This document shows positions 46,700 through 55,510 of a stretch of 64,000 nt of DNA, piece after piece (position 1 is the stretch's first letter; each line of letters starts with the position of its first letter). A model generated the notes under the pieces. It saw only the letters and a list, made by a program, of their open reading frames with translations. It had not been told where the DNA came from and ran no database searches. This stretch comes from an uncultured bacterium (lineage in GTDB: Bacteria; Acidobacteriota; Thermoanaerobaculia; Thermoanaerobaculales; Thermoanaerobaculaceae), in NCBI GenBank assembly GCA_937924755.1, contig CALEVZ010000005.1, positions 22,609 through 86,608 on the forward strand, given 5' to 3'. The position numbers were made by a program, and so were the translations under genes.

Positions 46700-48622
46700 T
46701 CAACCGCCGAGCAGTTCATGCTCTTTGGGCGGTCCGAAGACGTGCAGGATCGGCCGCTTGAGCATCTTCCACTCGCCGGTGTGCTGGTTGTAGATGCAGT
46801 TGACGAAGCAGTGCCAGTTCTCCTCGTCCAGCTTGGGAGTGTCGGCGCGGAAGTAGTAGCCCGGCCAGCGAGTCTCCTCGCGGAAGAGAATCGAGCGCAC
46901 GTGCGCTTCGGCCTGGTACATGCGGTGGACGTTTTCCCACGCCCGCATCAGCTCGTGCAGGTCAGCGGCCCCCAGGTTGGCGGAGTCCTCCTTGAGCAGG
47001 GCGAGCAGCTCCAGGGCTCGGTTGAGCAGGGGCTTGGAGGTGGTGAACTGGGCGCTGACGCCGCCGGCGTACTCGTCCATGAGCTTCTGCAGCCGCATCA
47101 TGAACATCTTGGGGAGGATGTAGTGGGGGTTGACTTCCGGCTGGGTGGTGGCGTTCTTGTGCTGCTCGTAGTGGAACAGCGGCTTGTAGGTGGCCGCCTT
47201 GAGCGCCTCGATCTGGGCGGCGTTCACCGTGGGCTTGGGCGGATTCTCCTTCACCAGGTAGCGGATCGCCGCCTTGGCGACGATGCGCCCCTCGGCGTGG
47301 GAACCCGAGGAGAACTTGTGCGACGAGGCCCCCGACGCGTCGCCGGCGCAGAACACGCCCTTGACGGTGGACATGCCGTCGTAGCCCCAGAAGTACTCCT
47401 TCCGGGTCTCGTCGGTCTGCAGGTCCTCGGGACCCGAAACCCAGGCGCCGGAGGCGCCGGAGTGGGAGCCGATGAAGTACGGCTCGGCGGCGGCGATCTC
47501 CGAGGACTTCTCCTCGGGCTGCACGTTGCTGGCAGCCCACAGGATGGCCTGGGAGATGGTCATGTCGAGGAAGTCTTCCCAGGCCTCGGACTCCAGCTCC
47601 TTCATCTTCTTCTGGTAGGCCTTGGGGTCGTCCTTGTAGGTGTCGGCGATCCTCTGGATCGCTTCCTCGGTGCGCATGTAGATGGGGCCCTTGCCCTCCA
47701 TCACGTCCAGCATGCCCAGGTAGTTGCGCAAATTGGCCGGGATCGGCTTGACGTGGCCGTAGGGCGCCCAGTTGGCCAGTTCGGCCTTGCGCTCGACCAT
47801 GTACTCGCCGCCGAAGGCGTTGGTGGCCCGGGACTTGAAGAGCAGGAACCAGGCTCCGACGGGGCCGTAGGCGTCCTTGAAGCGGACCGGGATGAAGCGT
47901 ACTTCCTGACAGGTCATCTCGGCGCCGGCCATCAGGGTGAAGTAGGCCGAAGCGCCGGCGTTCCACGGCGGATACCAGGCGCGCCCCTGTCCCTCACCGG
48001 AAGAGCGCGGCTTGAACACGTGTACCGCACCGCCCATGGCGACCAGGGTGGCGCGCGCCTTGAACACGTAGAAGGCGTTCTCGCGCACCGAGAAGCCGTA
48101 GGCACCCTTGCACTCTTCGCCCTCCATGATGGGGCCGACGATGAAGACGCGCTCGTAGATGTTCTCGGTGCCGAGGGCGTTCTTGGCCGCCTCGGCGACC
48201 ACCACCTTGTAGGACTCGCCGTTGATCATCAGCTGCCAGCGGCCCTCGTGCACGTAGCCGCCCTTCTCGTCCTTCCAAATGGGCAGGCCCCACTTCTCGA
48301 ACAGATGCACGGTGGAGTCCACGTGGCGGGCGATGGACGCCACCAGGTCCTCGCGGGTGACTCCCATGAGGTCGTTGCGGACGTAGTCCACGTAGTCCTT
48401 GACGGTGTTCTGGCCGTCCTTCAACCCGACGTACTGGTTGATGGCGGAAAGGCCCATGGCCACGGCGCCGGAGCGATCCACCGCCGCCTTGTCCACCAGG
48501 GTTACCTTGAGGCCGTGCTGCTTGGCCCAGTACGCGGCCTCCACGGCTGCGCCGCAGGCCGCCATGCCGCCTCCCAGGATCAGGAGATCGGTATCTACCT
48601 CGACGGTCTTGAAGTCCACCAT
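46700..48622 (-). CDS. aprA: Adenylylsulfate (APS) reductase alpha subunit
   Basis: ATG 48622 lies 6 nt after AGGAGG. DLLILGGGMAACGAAVEA is the FAD motif. The sequence reads as typical AprA throughout (SAINQYVG, WPGYYFRAD...). About 640 aa. Confidence 0.95.
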   Translation of the reverse strand: MVDFKTVEVDTDLLILGGGMAACGAAVEAAYWAKQHGLKVTLVDKAAVDRSGAVAMGLSAINQYVGLKDGQNTVKDYVDYVRNDLMGVTREDLVASIARHVDSTVHLFEKWGLPIWKDEKGGYVHEGRWQLMINGESYKVVVAEAAKNALGTENIYERVFIVGPIMEGEECKGAYGFSVRENAFYVFKARATLVAMGGAVHVFKPRSSGEGQGRAWYPPWNAGASAYFTLMAGAEMTCQEVRFIPVRFKDAYGPVGAWFLLFKSRATNAFGGEYMVERKAELANWAPYGHVKPIPANLRNYLGMLDVMEGKGPIYMRTEEAIQRIADTYKDDPKAYQKKMKELESEAWEDFLDMTISQAILWAASNVQPEEKSSEIAAAEPYFIGSHSGASGAWVSGPEDLQTDETRKEYFWGYDGMSTVKGVFCAGDASGASSHKFSSGSHAEGRIVAKAAIRYLVKENPPKPTVNAAQIEALKAATYKPLFHYEQHKNATTQPEVNPHYILPKMFMMRLQKLMDEYAGGVSAQFTTSKPLLNRALELLALLKEDSANLGAADLHELMRAWENVHRMYQAEAHVRSILFREETRWPGYYFRADTPKLDEENWHCFVNCIYNQHTGEWKMLKRPILHVFGPPKEHELLGG

Positions 48623-48633
48623 GGCAGCCTCCT

Positions 48634-49068
48634 TCACTTGGTCCACACGGCGGGGAGGCCGAGGGAAGCGGGTTCGGTGAACAGCGTGGCATCATCCAGC
48701 GTCGCCGTGGTTTCCCACCCGCCGGCCGGCTGTGCCTGACCCTCGGGGGTGGTCCGGATGGGGAACTTGAAGCGCTTGATCTGGCCGTTGCGGAACTTCA
48801 CCGTCCACATGATGCTGTCGGTGGAGCGCATCGGCACCACGGAGGCCCCCATGGGAACAAAGTCGGCGTAGCCGCGCACGTCCACCGCCTGCGTGGGGCA
48901 AATCTTCACGCAGTTGTAGCACTCCCAGCACATCTCGGGCTCGCGGTTGTACGCCTTCATCTTCTCCTTGTCGAGGACCATCAAGTCGTTGGGACAAATG
49001 TACTGGCAGGCGGTCTTGTCAAGCGCCTTGCACCCGTCACACTTGTCCGGGTTCACAAAACTCGGCAT
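48634..49068 (-). CDS. aprB: Adenylylsulfate (APS) reductase beta subunit
   Basis: MPSFVNPDKCDGCKALDKTACQYICPNDLM ... CWECYNCVKICP are the two [4Fe-4S] motifs. The AprB-specific C-terminal tail is present. GGAGG SD. Confidence 0.95.
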   Translation of the reverse strand: MPSFVNPDKCDGCKALDKTACQYICPNDLMVLDKEKMKAYNREPEMCWECYNCVKICPTQAVDVRGYADFVPMGASVVPMRSTDSIMWTVKFRNGQIKRFKFPIRTTPEGQAQPAGGWETTATLDDATLFTEPASLGLPAVWTK

Positions 49069-49273
49069 AGCTTGCCTCCTCGCCGCATCCCACCTCCCGG
49101 GCAGGATGCTGGTGTTGATCTCTGGATAGTCCGAGCGGGCCGAAACGCCGGCACGTTCGCTGGAAGTTCTGTCCCAGGTCGAAATCGAGTGATTGCACCA
49201 CCTCCTCGTTCGTCGTTTTCAAGGTTGTGCGGGCGGCCTCCCGTCCGTTCACCCATTCCGATGCAAGCAAGAC

Positions 49274-49291
49274 TTGTGCCGCGCTTCACAA
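49274..49291. promoter_or_regulatory. Candidate Rex/CRP-FNR-type operator upstream of aprB
   Basis: TTGTGCCGCGCTTCACAA lies 206 nt upstream of the aprB ATG. It matches the sat-upstream site at 14 of 18 positions: the TTGTGCC and TTCACAA arms are identical and only the central 4 nt differ. Confidence 0.45.
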
Positions 49292-49473
49292 GAGTAATGA
49301 GGCGCTTTTCCCATAAGGCTTTCGCGCTGCTGTGCAAGGTCGGAAACGGCGTGGCGTTACGCAGCACAGACCATGAAACTGCGACGTTGCCGCGGCAGCC
49401 AATACGCGTTGTTTGTGAAGTTGATGTTAGAACGATGTTTGTGCTTTTGTTACCATCGGGTAACGGTCGCCTT

Positions 49474-50283
49474 CTAGACCCGTCCACCCAGCCACTCTGC
49501 CCTCACCTCCTGCACCTCGGGGAGAGCGCGCACGGCGGCGAGGACGGCGACTCGTTGGCGCTCGGAGGGCAGGACCCCCGCCAGCGTCACGACCCCGTCC
49601 TGCGTCCCAACCTCGACCATGGCGGCCGCTGCGCCCACCTCGGGGTTGAGAAAGAGGGAGGCGCGAACGTGGTTGAGCAGGAAGAGGTCGGCGAGGGCCT
49701 GGCGCGAGGAGGGGGTGGCGCGGAACTCTGGGCGGTCGGCCACCGCGGCGATGGTGAGGCAAGCCGAGTCCAAGGGGATCCTCTCCAGGTTGATGACGAG
49801 GTCATACAAGCTGGGGTCGTGCCAGTCGACGTTGTACAGGAAACGCGTCCACGCCACTCGCTCCTCGTCGCGGGAGCGAATGTAGGCCTCGGCGGCCTTG
49901 GCCTCCAGACCGTGGGCGGCCATCGCCTCGGGCAAGCGCATGGCCATGGGTGCGATCACCCGCACCCGCACCACGTGGGCGATGCCGGCCAGCAGCAGGT
50001 GGCCGGCGTGGCCGTGGTAGACCACGTTGTCACCCAGGGCTTCCTGACACAGCGCCGCGGTGATGGCGGCCAGGTACTTCTGCCGGTCGAGGCTGAAGCG
50101 CTCCCAGAAGCCGGGGGGATGTTCGATGCCCTTGGTCAGAACCTCCTCGTGGACGCCGTAACGCTCGGCGGCGGTTATGAGCACCTCGCGGCTGATGACG
50201 CGATAGCCGAGGGTCGCCCCGAGGCAGGCGGCCAGCCGTTTTCCCCCCGAAAACGTGCCGCGCGAGATGGTGATGATGGCCAT
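49474..50283 (-). CDS. Cytidylate-kinase-like (AAA/P-loop-like) protein with a C-terminal BON domain
   Basis: MAIITISRGTFSGGKRLAACLGATLGYRVISREVL is typical of Cytidylate_kin2-family proteins. The C-terminal VEVGTQDGVVTLAGVLPSERQRVAVLAAV is BON-like. The track ORF to 50439 is over-extended. Confidence 0.55.
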   Translation of the reverse strand: MAIITISRGTFSGGKRLAACLGATLGYRVISREVLITAAERYGVHEEVLTKGIEHPPGFWERFSLDRQKYLAAITAALCQEALGDNVVYHGHAGHLLLAGIAHVVRVRVIAPMAMRLPEAMAAHGLEAKAAEAYIRSRDEERVAWTRFLYNVDWHDPSLYDLVINLERIPLDSACLTIAAVADRPEFRATPSSRQALADLFLLNHVRASLFLNPEVGAAAAMVEVGTQDGVVTLAGVLPSERQRVAVLAAVRALPEVQEVRAEWLGGRV

Positions 50284-50395
50284 CGTCGTGTCCGTTCCTG
50301 GGCTGCTGCTCCCCACCGGCGACCACCGCCCCAAGTGGCCCTTCGGCGCCGCCGACGATTCATCGTACGATAATCCGAGCAGTACAGGGGGTGAT

Positions 50396-52120
50396 ATGCG
50401 CGGCAAAACTCGAGCCCTGGTCTGGTTGCTAGTCCTCACGGGTGTCGTTGGTCTGGGCGTGCTGGGCTTCCTGATTGCTGTCGGCGTGGCGGCGCGCCAC
50501 CTGCCGGGGCAGGCGGTGCTTCACCTGGAGATCGGCGGCGCCATCCCGGAGGCTTCTCCGGAGGTGCCGCTGGCAGGACTTTTCGGGGCGACGCCGGTGA
50601 GCCGGCGGGACCTGCGCGATGGCCTGGTGGCGGCGGCGAAGGACGCCCGCGTGCGGGCGGTTCGGGTCCGCATCAACGAGCTGGCCACGGGACTCGCCAC
50701 GCTGCAGGAACTGCGCGCCCTGCTGGAGCGGGTCGCCGAGGCCGGCAAACCCACCACGGCCTACCTGGACACCGCGGGAGAGTTCGCCCCCGGTAACCTC
50801 GAGTACTACCTGGCCACGGCTTGCGACCGCATCGTCCTCAACCCCCTCGGGGACGTCAACCTGGTGGGGCTGTCAGCGCGCGTTCCGTTCATGCGCGGGA
50901 CCTTCGACAAGCTCGGCATCGAGCCCGAGTTTCCCGGCATCGGGGAGTATAAGACCGCACGCTTCTTCTATACCCATAAAGACTTCACCCCTGCCCATCG
51001 GGAGATGATGGAGTGGTTACTGGCCTCCTACGGGGAGCAGCTGGCGGTCGGCATTGCCGAGGGGAGGGGAGTGAGCGAGGAGGAGGCGCGCCACTGGATC
51101 GCTTCGGGACCTTTCCTGGGTCCGGAGGCGCTAGCCCGAGGGATGGTGGACGAGCTGGCGGACTGGGAGTCGGTGCGGCAGGAGACCGCCACCCTGAAGG
51201 GAAAAGGGCTGCAGGAGATTTCCCTGACTCGTTTGCTGCGCAGCAGCCGACCGGATACCTCCGGCGCGAAGATCGCCGTGGTGGTGGGGCAGGGTGCCAT
51301 CATGCGCGGCGAGAGTGGCTTCTCGCCCATGCCCATGTTTGGCGGGGACGTCATGGGCGCCGATACGCTGGCCCGGGCGTGGCGCCAAGTGCGCCGGTCG
51401 GGCGCGAAGGCGGCCATCTTTCGTATCGACTCCCCCGGCGGCAGCGCCGTCGCCTCCGAAATCATCCGCGCCGAGATGGCGCGTACCGCAGAAGAGATTC
51501 CGGTCATCGTCTCGATGGGGAACGTGGCCGCTTCGGGGGGGTACTGGGTGGCCTGCGGCGCCCGGCGTATCATCGCCTCCCCGGGCACCATCACCGCATC
51601 CATCGGGGTCTTCGGCGGGCACCTAGCGACCAGTGACTTCTTCGAGGACAAACTGGGGATCACCTGGGGGCGCATCGACACCTCCCCCAATGCCGCCATC
51701 TATGGCGGCCTGGACCCCTGGACCCCGGCCCAGCGGGAGGTGGTGGAGCGGCAGCTCCACCGCATTTACGACGCCTTTCTGGAGCGAGTCAGCCAGGCGC
51801 GGCGCATGAGTCGGGAGGAGGTCGACGCGGTGGGACGGGGGCGGGTCTTCACCGGCGCCCAGGCGCTGGAGCGCAAGCTGGTGGACGGCCTCGGCGGCTT
51901 CGAGGAGGCGCTGGCGGCGGCGCGGGAGGAGGCGGGGTTGGCGGCGGACGCCCCCGTGCAGCTTAACGTTTTCCCGCGCCCGGTGCCGATCTGGAAGCGA
52001 CTCATGCAGCACGGCGACGAAGCGTCGCTGCGGGCGTTCCTGCGCGCCCTGGCGCAGGGTCGCCTGCCGGCCCCTCGTGTACCCGGGGCGGTGTGGCTGC
52101 CCCCCATGGAGATCCGGTGA
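50396..52120 (+). CDS. sppA: Signal peptide peptidase SppA, 67K type (two S49 domains)
   Basis: An N-terminal TM helix and two ClpP/crotonase-like halves. The second half carries SMGNVAASGGYWVA (catalytic Ser region). Confidence 0.85.
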   Translation: MRGKTRALVWLLVLTGVVGLGVLGFLIAVGVAARHLPGQAVLHLEIGGAIPEASPEVPLAGLFGATPVSRRDLRDGLVAAAKDARVRAVRVRINELATGLATLQELRALLERVAEAGKPTTAYLDTAGEFAPGNLEYYLATACDRIVLNPLGDVNLVGLSARVPFMRGTFDKLGIEPEFPGIGEYKTARFFYTHKDFTPAHREMMEWLLASYGEQLAVGIAEGRGVSEEEARHWIASGPFLGPEALARGMVDELADWESVRQETATLKGKGLQEISLTRLLRSSRPDTSGAKIAVVVGQGAIMRGESGFSPMPMFGGDVMGADTLARAWRQVRRSGAKAAIFRIDSPGGSAVASEIIRAEMARTAEEIPVIVSMGNVAASGGYWVACGARRIIASPGTITASIGVFGGHLATSDFFEDKLGITWGRIDTSPNAAIYGGLDPWTPAQREVVERQLHRIYDAFLERVSQARRMSREEVDAVGRGRVFTGAQALERKLVDGLGGFEEALAAAREEAGLAADAPVQLNVFPRPVPIWKRLMQHGDEASLRAFLRALAQGRLPAPRVPGAVWLPPMEIR

Positions 52121-52132
52121 CGCGGACCCCGC

Positions 52133-52678
52133 TTACTCGGTCAAGTAGGCGTGCAGGGTGACGCTGACGGTCTTCTCGCCGGCGTTGTAGAGGAAAACCC
52201 GGTACCGCGGGAAGGCCACCGTGAACGGCAGGGGCTCGGCGGCGAAGTAGGCCGCCCCGGTGGGGATCGCCGTGACTTTGAGCTCGGTGGCCAGCAGCAG
52301 TTGCCCACGCTCGGCCAAAGCGCGCAGCACCCGCTCCTCGTCGGGCAGCAGGATCGCCCCCACCGCCCCTACCTTGCCCTGGGGCCCTTTCAGTTCCCCG
52401 AGCAGGGTGACCACCCCCTGGGCGAACCCGTCGGCGACGATCACCCCGGCGTCCACCAGCCGGGTGGTGTCCTCTCGCCGGACCGGCGGCACCAGCACAT
52501 CCGCCAGTGACACCAGCGAGGTGTGGGTCAGCTTGCCGGCCAGGGACACCTCCCCCTTGACGGTGAGCACATCGGGGAGGTTGACCACCTTCACGGGGGT
52601 CACCCGGGGTTGTTCTTGGGCGCTGGCCAGCGCGGCCAGCAGAGCAGTGAACATCGCAACGCATCGCGGCCTATTCAT
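52133..52678 (-). CDS. Secreted hypothetical protein
   Basis: 181 aa with signal peptide MNRPRCVAMFTALLAALASAQE. I recognise no domain. The codon usage looks like that of neighbouring genes. Confidence 0.5.
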   Translation of the reverse strand: MNRPRCVAMFTALLAALASAQEQPRVTPVKVVNLPDVLTVKGEVSLAGKLTHTSLVSLADVLVPPVRREDTTRLVDAGVIVADGFAQGVVTLLGELKGPQGKVGAVGAILLPDEERVLRALAERGQLLLATELKVTAIPTGAAYFAAEPLPFTVAFPRYRVFLYNAGEKTVSVTLHAYLTE

Positions 52679-52907
52679 GACAACTCCCCGTTGACCCTTG
52701 TACGCGTCGCGCGAGAATCTCGTTGGGTACCTGCTCCGAAAGTAGAAGAACTCAGCAAATTATTTACGAAATCTAATTTGTCGTACCTTTGCGTTTACTG
52801 CAGAGCCAGGCCCGAAAAACGCCCGAAGGCGAAAGTAACCTGCGGGGACGCTGTTTATCCCCACTGGCGACGGCAAGTCGTCATAGAAGACTGGTTTGGC
52901 GTTTTCG

Positions 52908-53888
52908 TCACTGTCTCAGTCTGGCCTTCTCTTGCCTGGCCAGCAGCCGCTCCAGCTCATCGCATCGTGCCCCGAAGGATGGGTCCTGCCGGCGGCGGAA
53001 CGCAGCCCGGGTGAGCCATCGGCTGACCGTGCTGGGAGGCACGTTGAGGGTTCTGGCCAGCTGGCCGACCCCGATGTCGTGGTGTTCGACCCCCACCGCG
53101 GCGATGGCTTCCCGTGCCTGGACGATGGCGCGGGTTTTGCGCGGACTTCCCAGCGCCTCGACCGCGATCTCCAGGGCTGCGGCAGCGCGGTCCACCCAGT
53201 CAGCGACCTCGCCGTCATTGCGCCGCTTGACGGCGTGGGCCAGCGCTGGCCTCGAGGTATTGGCCCAGGAACCCTCATCCAATTCTTCCCGCCCACCACG
53301 CCACCACGGGGTCTTTCCGAACTCTTCCCGAATCCACGGTTGCTGCTGTTGCCCCTGCACCGATTGGGCGTAGGCGCGCCGGGCCTGCGAGCGCAGCCGG
53401 CCGAACAGCAACAGCGTGGCATCCACATCCACCAGTGCCCCCTCGCCGGCGCGCAGCAGCTCACGATGCCCGCTCCAGCGGTAGCGGGCGGGGTCTTCCA
53501 CGACTCCCGCCACCACCGGGTTAAGGTGGATGTAGGCGATCACCTGGAAATGGTGGCGTGGCTCGATGATCATTTTCACCTGGTAGCGGTCCTGCCAGAC
53601 GGGTCCGCGCTGTTGTCGCCGCTGGTTGTACTCGCGGGCGAAGCGCCACTGAATGAGGCGCATGGAGCGCCACAGCGGCACCGCCGAGGTGCGCAGCGCC
53701 AGGTGGTAGTGGTTGGCCATCACGCACCAGGCGAAGATGGTCAGGCCGTCGCGCCGCTTCACTTCGTGGAGAACATCGACGAAACGCGCGGCCTCTTCTT
53801 CGTCGGCGAAGATGTGCTCGCCCCGGCTTGCGCGGGCATAGACGTGGTAGAAGGCACCATCGACGTAATACCTGGGCGCTCGTGGCAT
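52908..53888 (-). CDS. HUH/Y1 (IS200-like, RAYT-type) transposase-like protein with a C-terminal DnaA-C-like HTH
   Basis: YHVYARASRGEHIF, the HUH motif in CVMANHYHLAL and catalytic Tyr context IAYIHLNPVVAGVV. The C-terminal IGVGQLARTLNVPPSTVSRW is an HTH. AT-richer sequence flanks the gene on both sides. Confidence 0.75.
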   Translation of the reverse strand: MPRAPRYYVDGAFYHVYARASRGEHIFADEEEAARFVDVLHEVKRRDGLTIFAWCVMANHYHLALRTSAVPLWRSMRLIQWRFAREYNQRRQQRGPVWQDRYQVKMIIEPRHHFQVIAYIHLNPVVAGVVEDPARYRWSGHRELLRAGEGALVDVDATLLLFGRLRSQARRAYAQSVQGQQQQPWIREEFGKTPWWRGGREELDEGSWANTSRPALAHAVKRRNDGEVADWVDRAAAALEIAVEALGSPRKTRAIVQAREAIAAVGVEHHDIGVGQLARTLNVPPSTVSRWLTRAAFRRRQDPSFGARCDELERLLARQEKARLRQ

Positions 53889-54068
53889 GTGTGAGACCTC
53901 CTCCCGCCCTTCCCACTGTAGGCCAAAAATGAAATGATAGCTATACCAGGTACCCTTAGCAGGTCGAGTGGTTGGGGCATGCCATTGGCGGCGCGGCCAC
54001 GGTCACCCTGGCGATGACGGGAGGGGCTGTGGCTGCCGTACCGGTGGGCGAGGCTACAATGACCGGTC

Positions 54069-55349
54069 GTGGTGCGCGTCCTTCCCTGCCTCCTCGTGCT
54101 CATGGCGCTGGCCGCTGACGGCTCGGCAGAGCCTGCGTCTCGGTCGGCGCAGAGCCCGCAGCGGCGGTCCTCTCCGCCGCCGCTGACCATGAACTGGTAC
54201 GTCGAGGGCCCTGGGGGCACCGTGGTTTCCCAGCACGGAGCCGAAAGCGGCATCAACCCGGCCTCGGTGGTCAAGGTGGCGACGTCGCTGTGGGCGCTGG
54301 AGCGCCTGGGCAGCGAGTTCCGCTTCGAGACGCGCTTTTTCGCCCGCGGCCCTGTGGTGGCCGAGCGCGGGGAGGTGCGCGGTGACCTGGTCGTCCAGGG
54401 GGGCGGCGACCCGGATTTCCACCTGGAGAACGCCTTTTTGGTCGCCCAGGCGCTCAACCAGGCGGGCGTGCGGCGGGTCAGCGGCGCCCTCATCGTCAGC
54501 CGCAACTTTTGGATCGGTTGGGAGAACGGTTCGGCGGGCCGGGAGAGCGATCCCACCCGGCGGGGCCTGCTCATGGCCGACCGCCTGCGTCAGGCGTGGG
54601 ACCCCCGCCGCTGGGTGCCTTCGACGCGCGCCGCCTGGCGATCCTTTGCGGTCCGGCGGGGGCTGGACGCCGGGGCGCCGCCAAGCGTCGAGGCGGCCGG
54701 CGGCGTGGGGGTGGACGGCGAGCGGCGCCAGGGCGAGCTCCTCCTCGTCCATCGTTCCCAGCCGTTGGTGGACATCCTCAAGCGTTTCAATGCGTTCTCC
54801 AACAACGATATCGAGCGGCTGGGCGAGGTGCTGGGGTCAGCCGAGGAGCTGGCGGGGCTGATCGCCGCCCGTTGTCGCGTGGCCCCCAGCGAGGTCCGCC
54901 TGGAGACCACCTCTGGGCTGGGCTCCAACCTGTTGTCGCCACGGGCGGTGGTGGCGCTCCTCAAGGAGTTCCGCGCCACCTGCGACCGCCTGGGTCTGCG
55001 GGTGCAGGACGTTCTTCCCCAGGCGGGGTGCGATCCGGGAACGGTGGCCCGCTTCTTCCCGCGGTTGACTAGCGGCGAGGTGGCCGCCTCCCTGGTGGGG
55101 AAGACCGGCACCCTGGTGATGACCGACGGCGGCGTCAGCGTGCTCGCCGGCTTTCTGTCCACCGCAGAGGGTGAGCTGGTGTTTTGCGCCGCGGTGCCGC
55201 GCGCCGGCGGCCGTCTGCTCACCGCCCGCCGCGCCGAAGAGCAGTGGGTGCTGGAGCTGCTGAACTCCCAGGGTGGAGCGCGTCCTCTGCCCTGCGCTTC
55301 GCCGGTTCGGGAACCGGACGAGGTGGCCAGTATTATTCGGGTGCTTTAA
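54069..55349 (+). CDS. dacB: D-alanyl-D-alanine carboxypeptidase/endopeptidase (PBP4, S13 family)
   Basis: The SxxK motif in NPASVVKV, the SxN motif in FSNNDIE, the KTG motif in VGKTGTL, and GDLVVQGGGDP. A signal peptide is present. Confidence 0.75.
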   Translation: MVRVLPCLLVLMALAADGSAEPASRSAQSPQRRSSPPPLTMNWYVEGPGGTVVSQHGAESGINPASVVKVATSLWALERLGSEFRFETRFFARGPVVAERGEVRGDLVVQGGGDPDFHLENAFLVAQALNQAGVRRVSGALIVSRNFWIGWENGSAGRESDPTRRGLLMADRLRQAWDPRRWVPSTRAAWRSFAVRRGLDAGAPPSVEAAGGVGVDGERRQGELLLVHRSQPLVDILKRFNAFSNNDIERLGEVLGSAEELAGLIAARCRVAPSEVRLETTSGLGSNLLSPRAVVALLKEFRATCDRLGLRVQDVLPQAGCDPGTVARFFPRLTSGEVAASLVGKTGTLVMTDGGVSVLAGFLSTAEGELVFCAAVPRAGGRLLTARRAEEQWVLELLNSQGGARPLPCASPVREPDEVASIIRVL

Positions 55350-55510
55350 CAGAAAGGGAGCACCTACTGCCCGTGAAAAAGTTGGAACAGGGGCGGCAGG
55401 CGCGCTCGGCGGGCCGGCGGCGCTGACCTAGGGCGGGGTGCGACGACAGGTGGCCAGGCCAATCCCGACGAGACGCCGGCCGCCCTGGTTGCTCGAGGTT
55501 GTGAAGTATC

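Noticed and set aside
49413-49419. Additional perfect TTGTGAA half-sites at 49413-49419 and 55499-55505, and a TTCACAA at 49052-49058 inside aprB.
   Set aside because: No complementary half-site lies at the required 4-nt spacing. These are isolated 7-mers and are not counted as operators.
50584-50596. A second copy of the REP core (GGGGCGACGC) inside sppA.
   Set aside because: It is a single 10-12-nt match within coding sequence, with no inverted partner. By rough estimate, a GC-rich 10-mer is expected to recur about once by chance in 64 kb of this composition.
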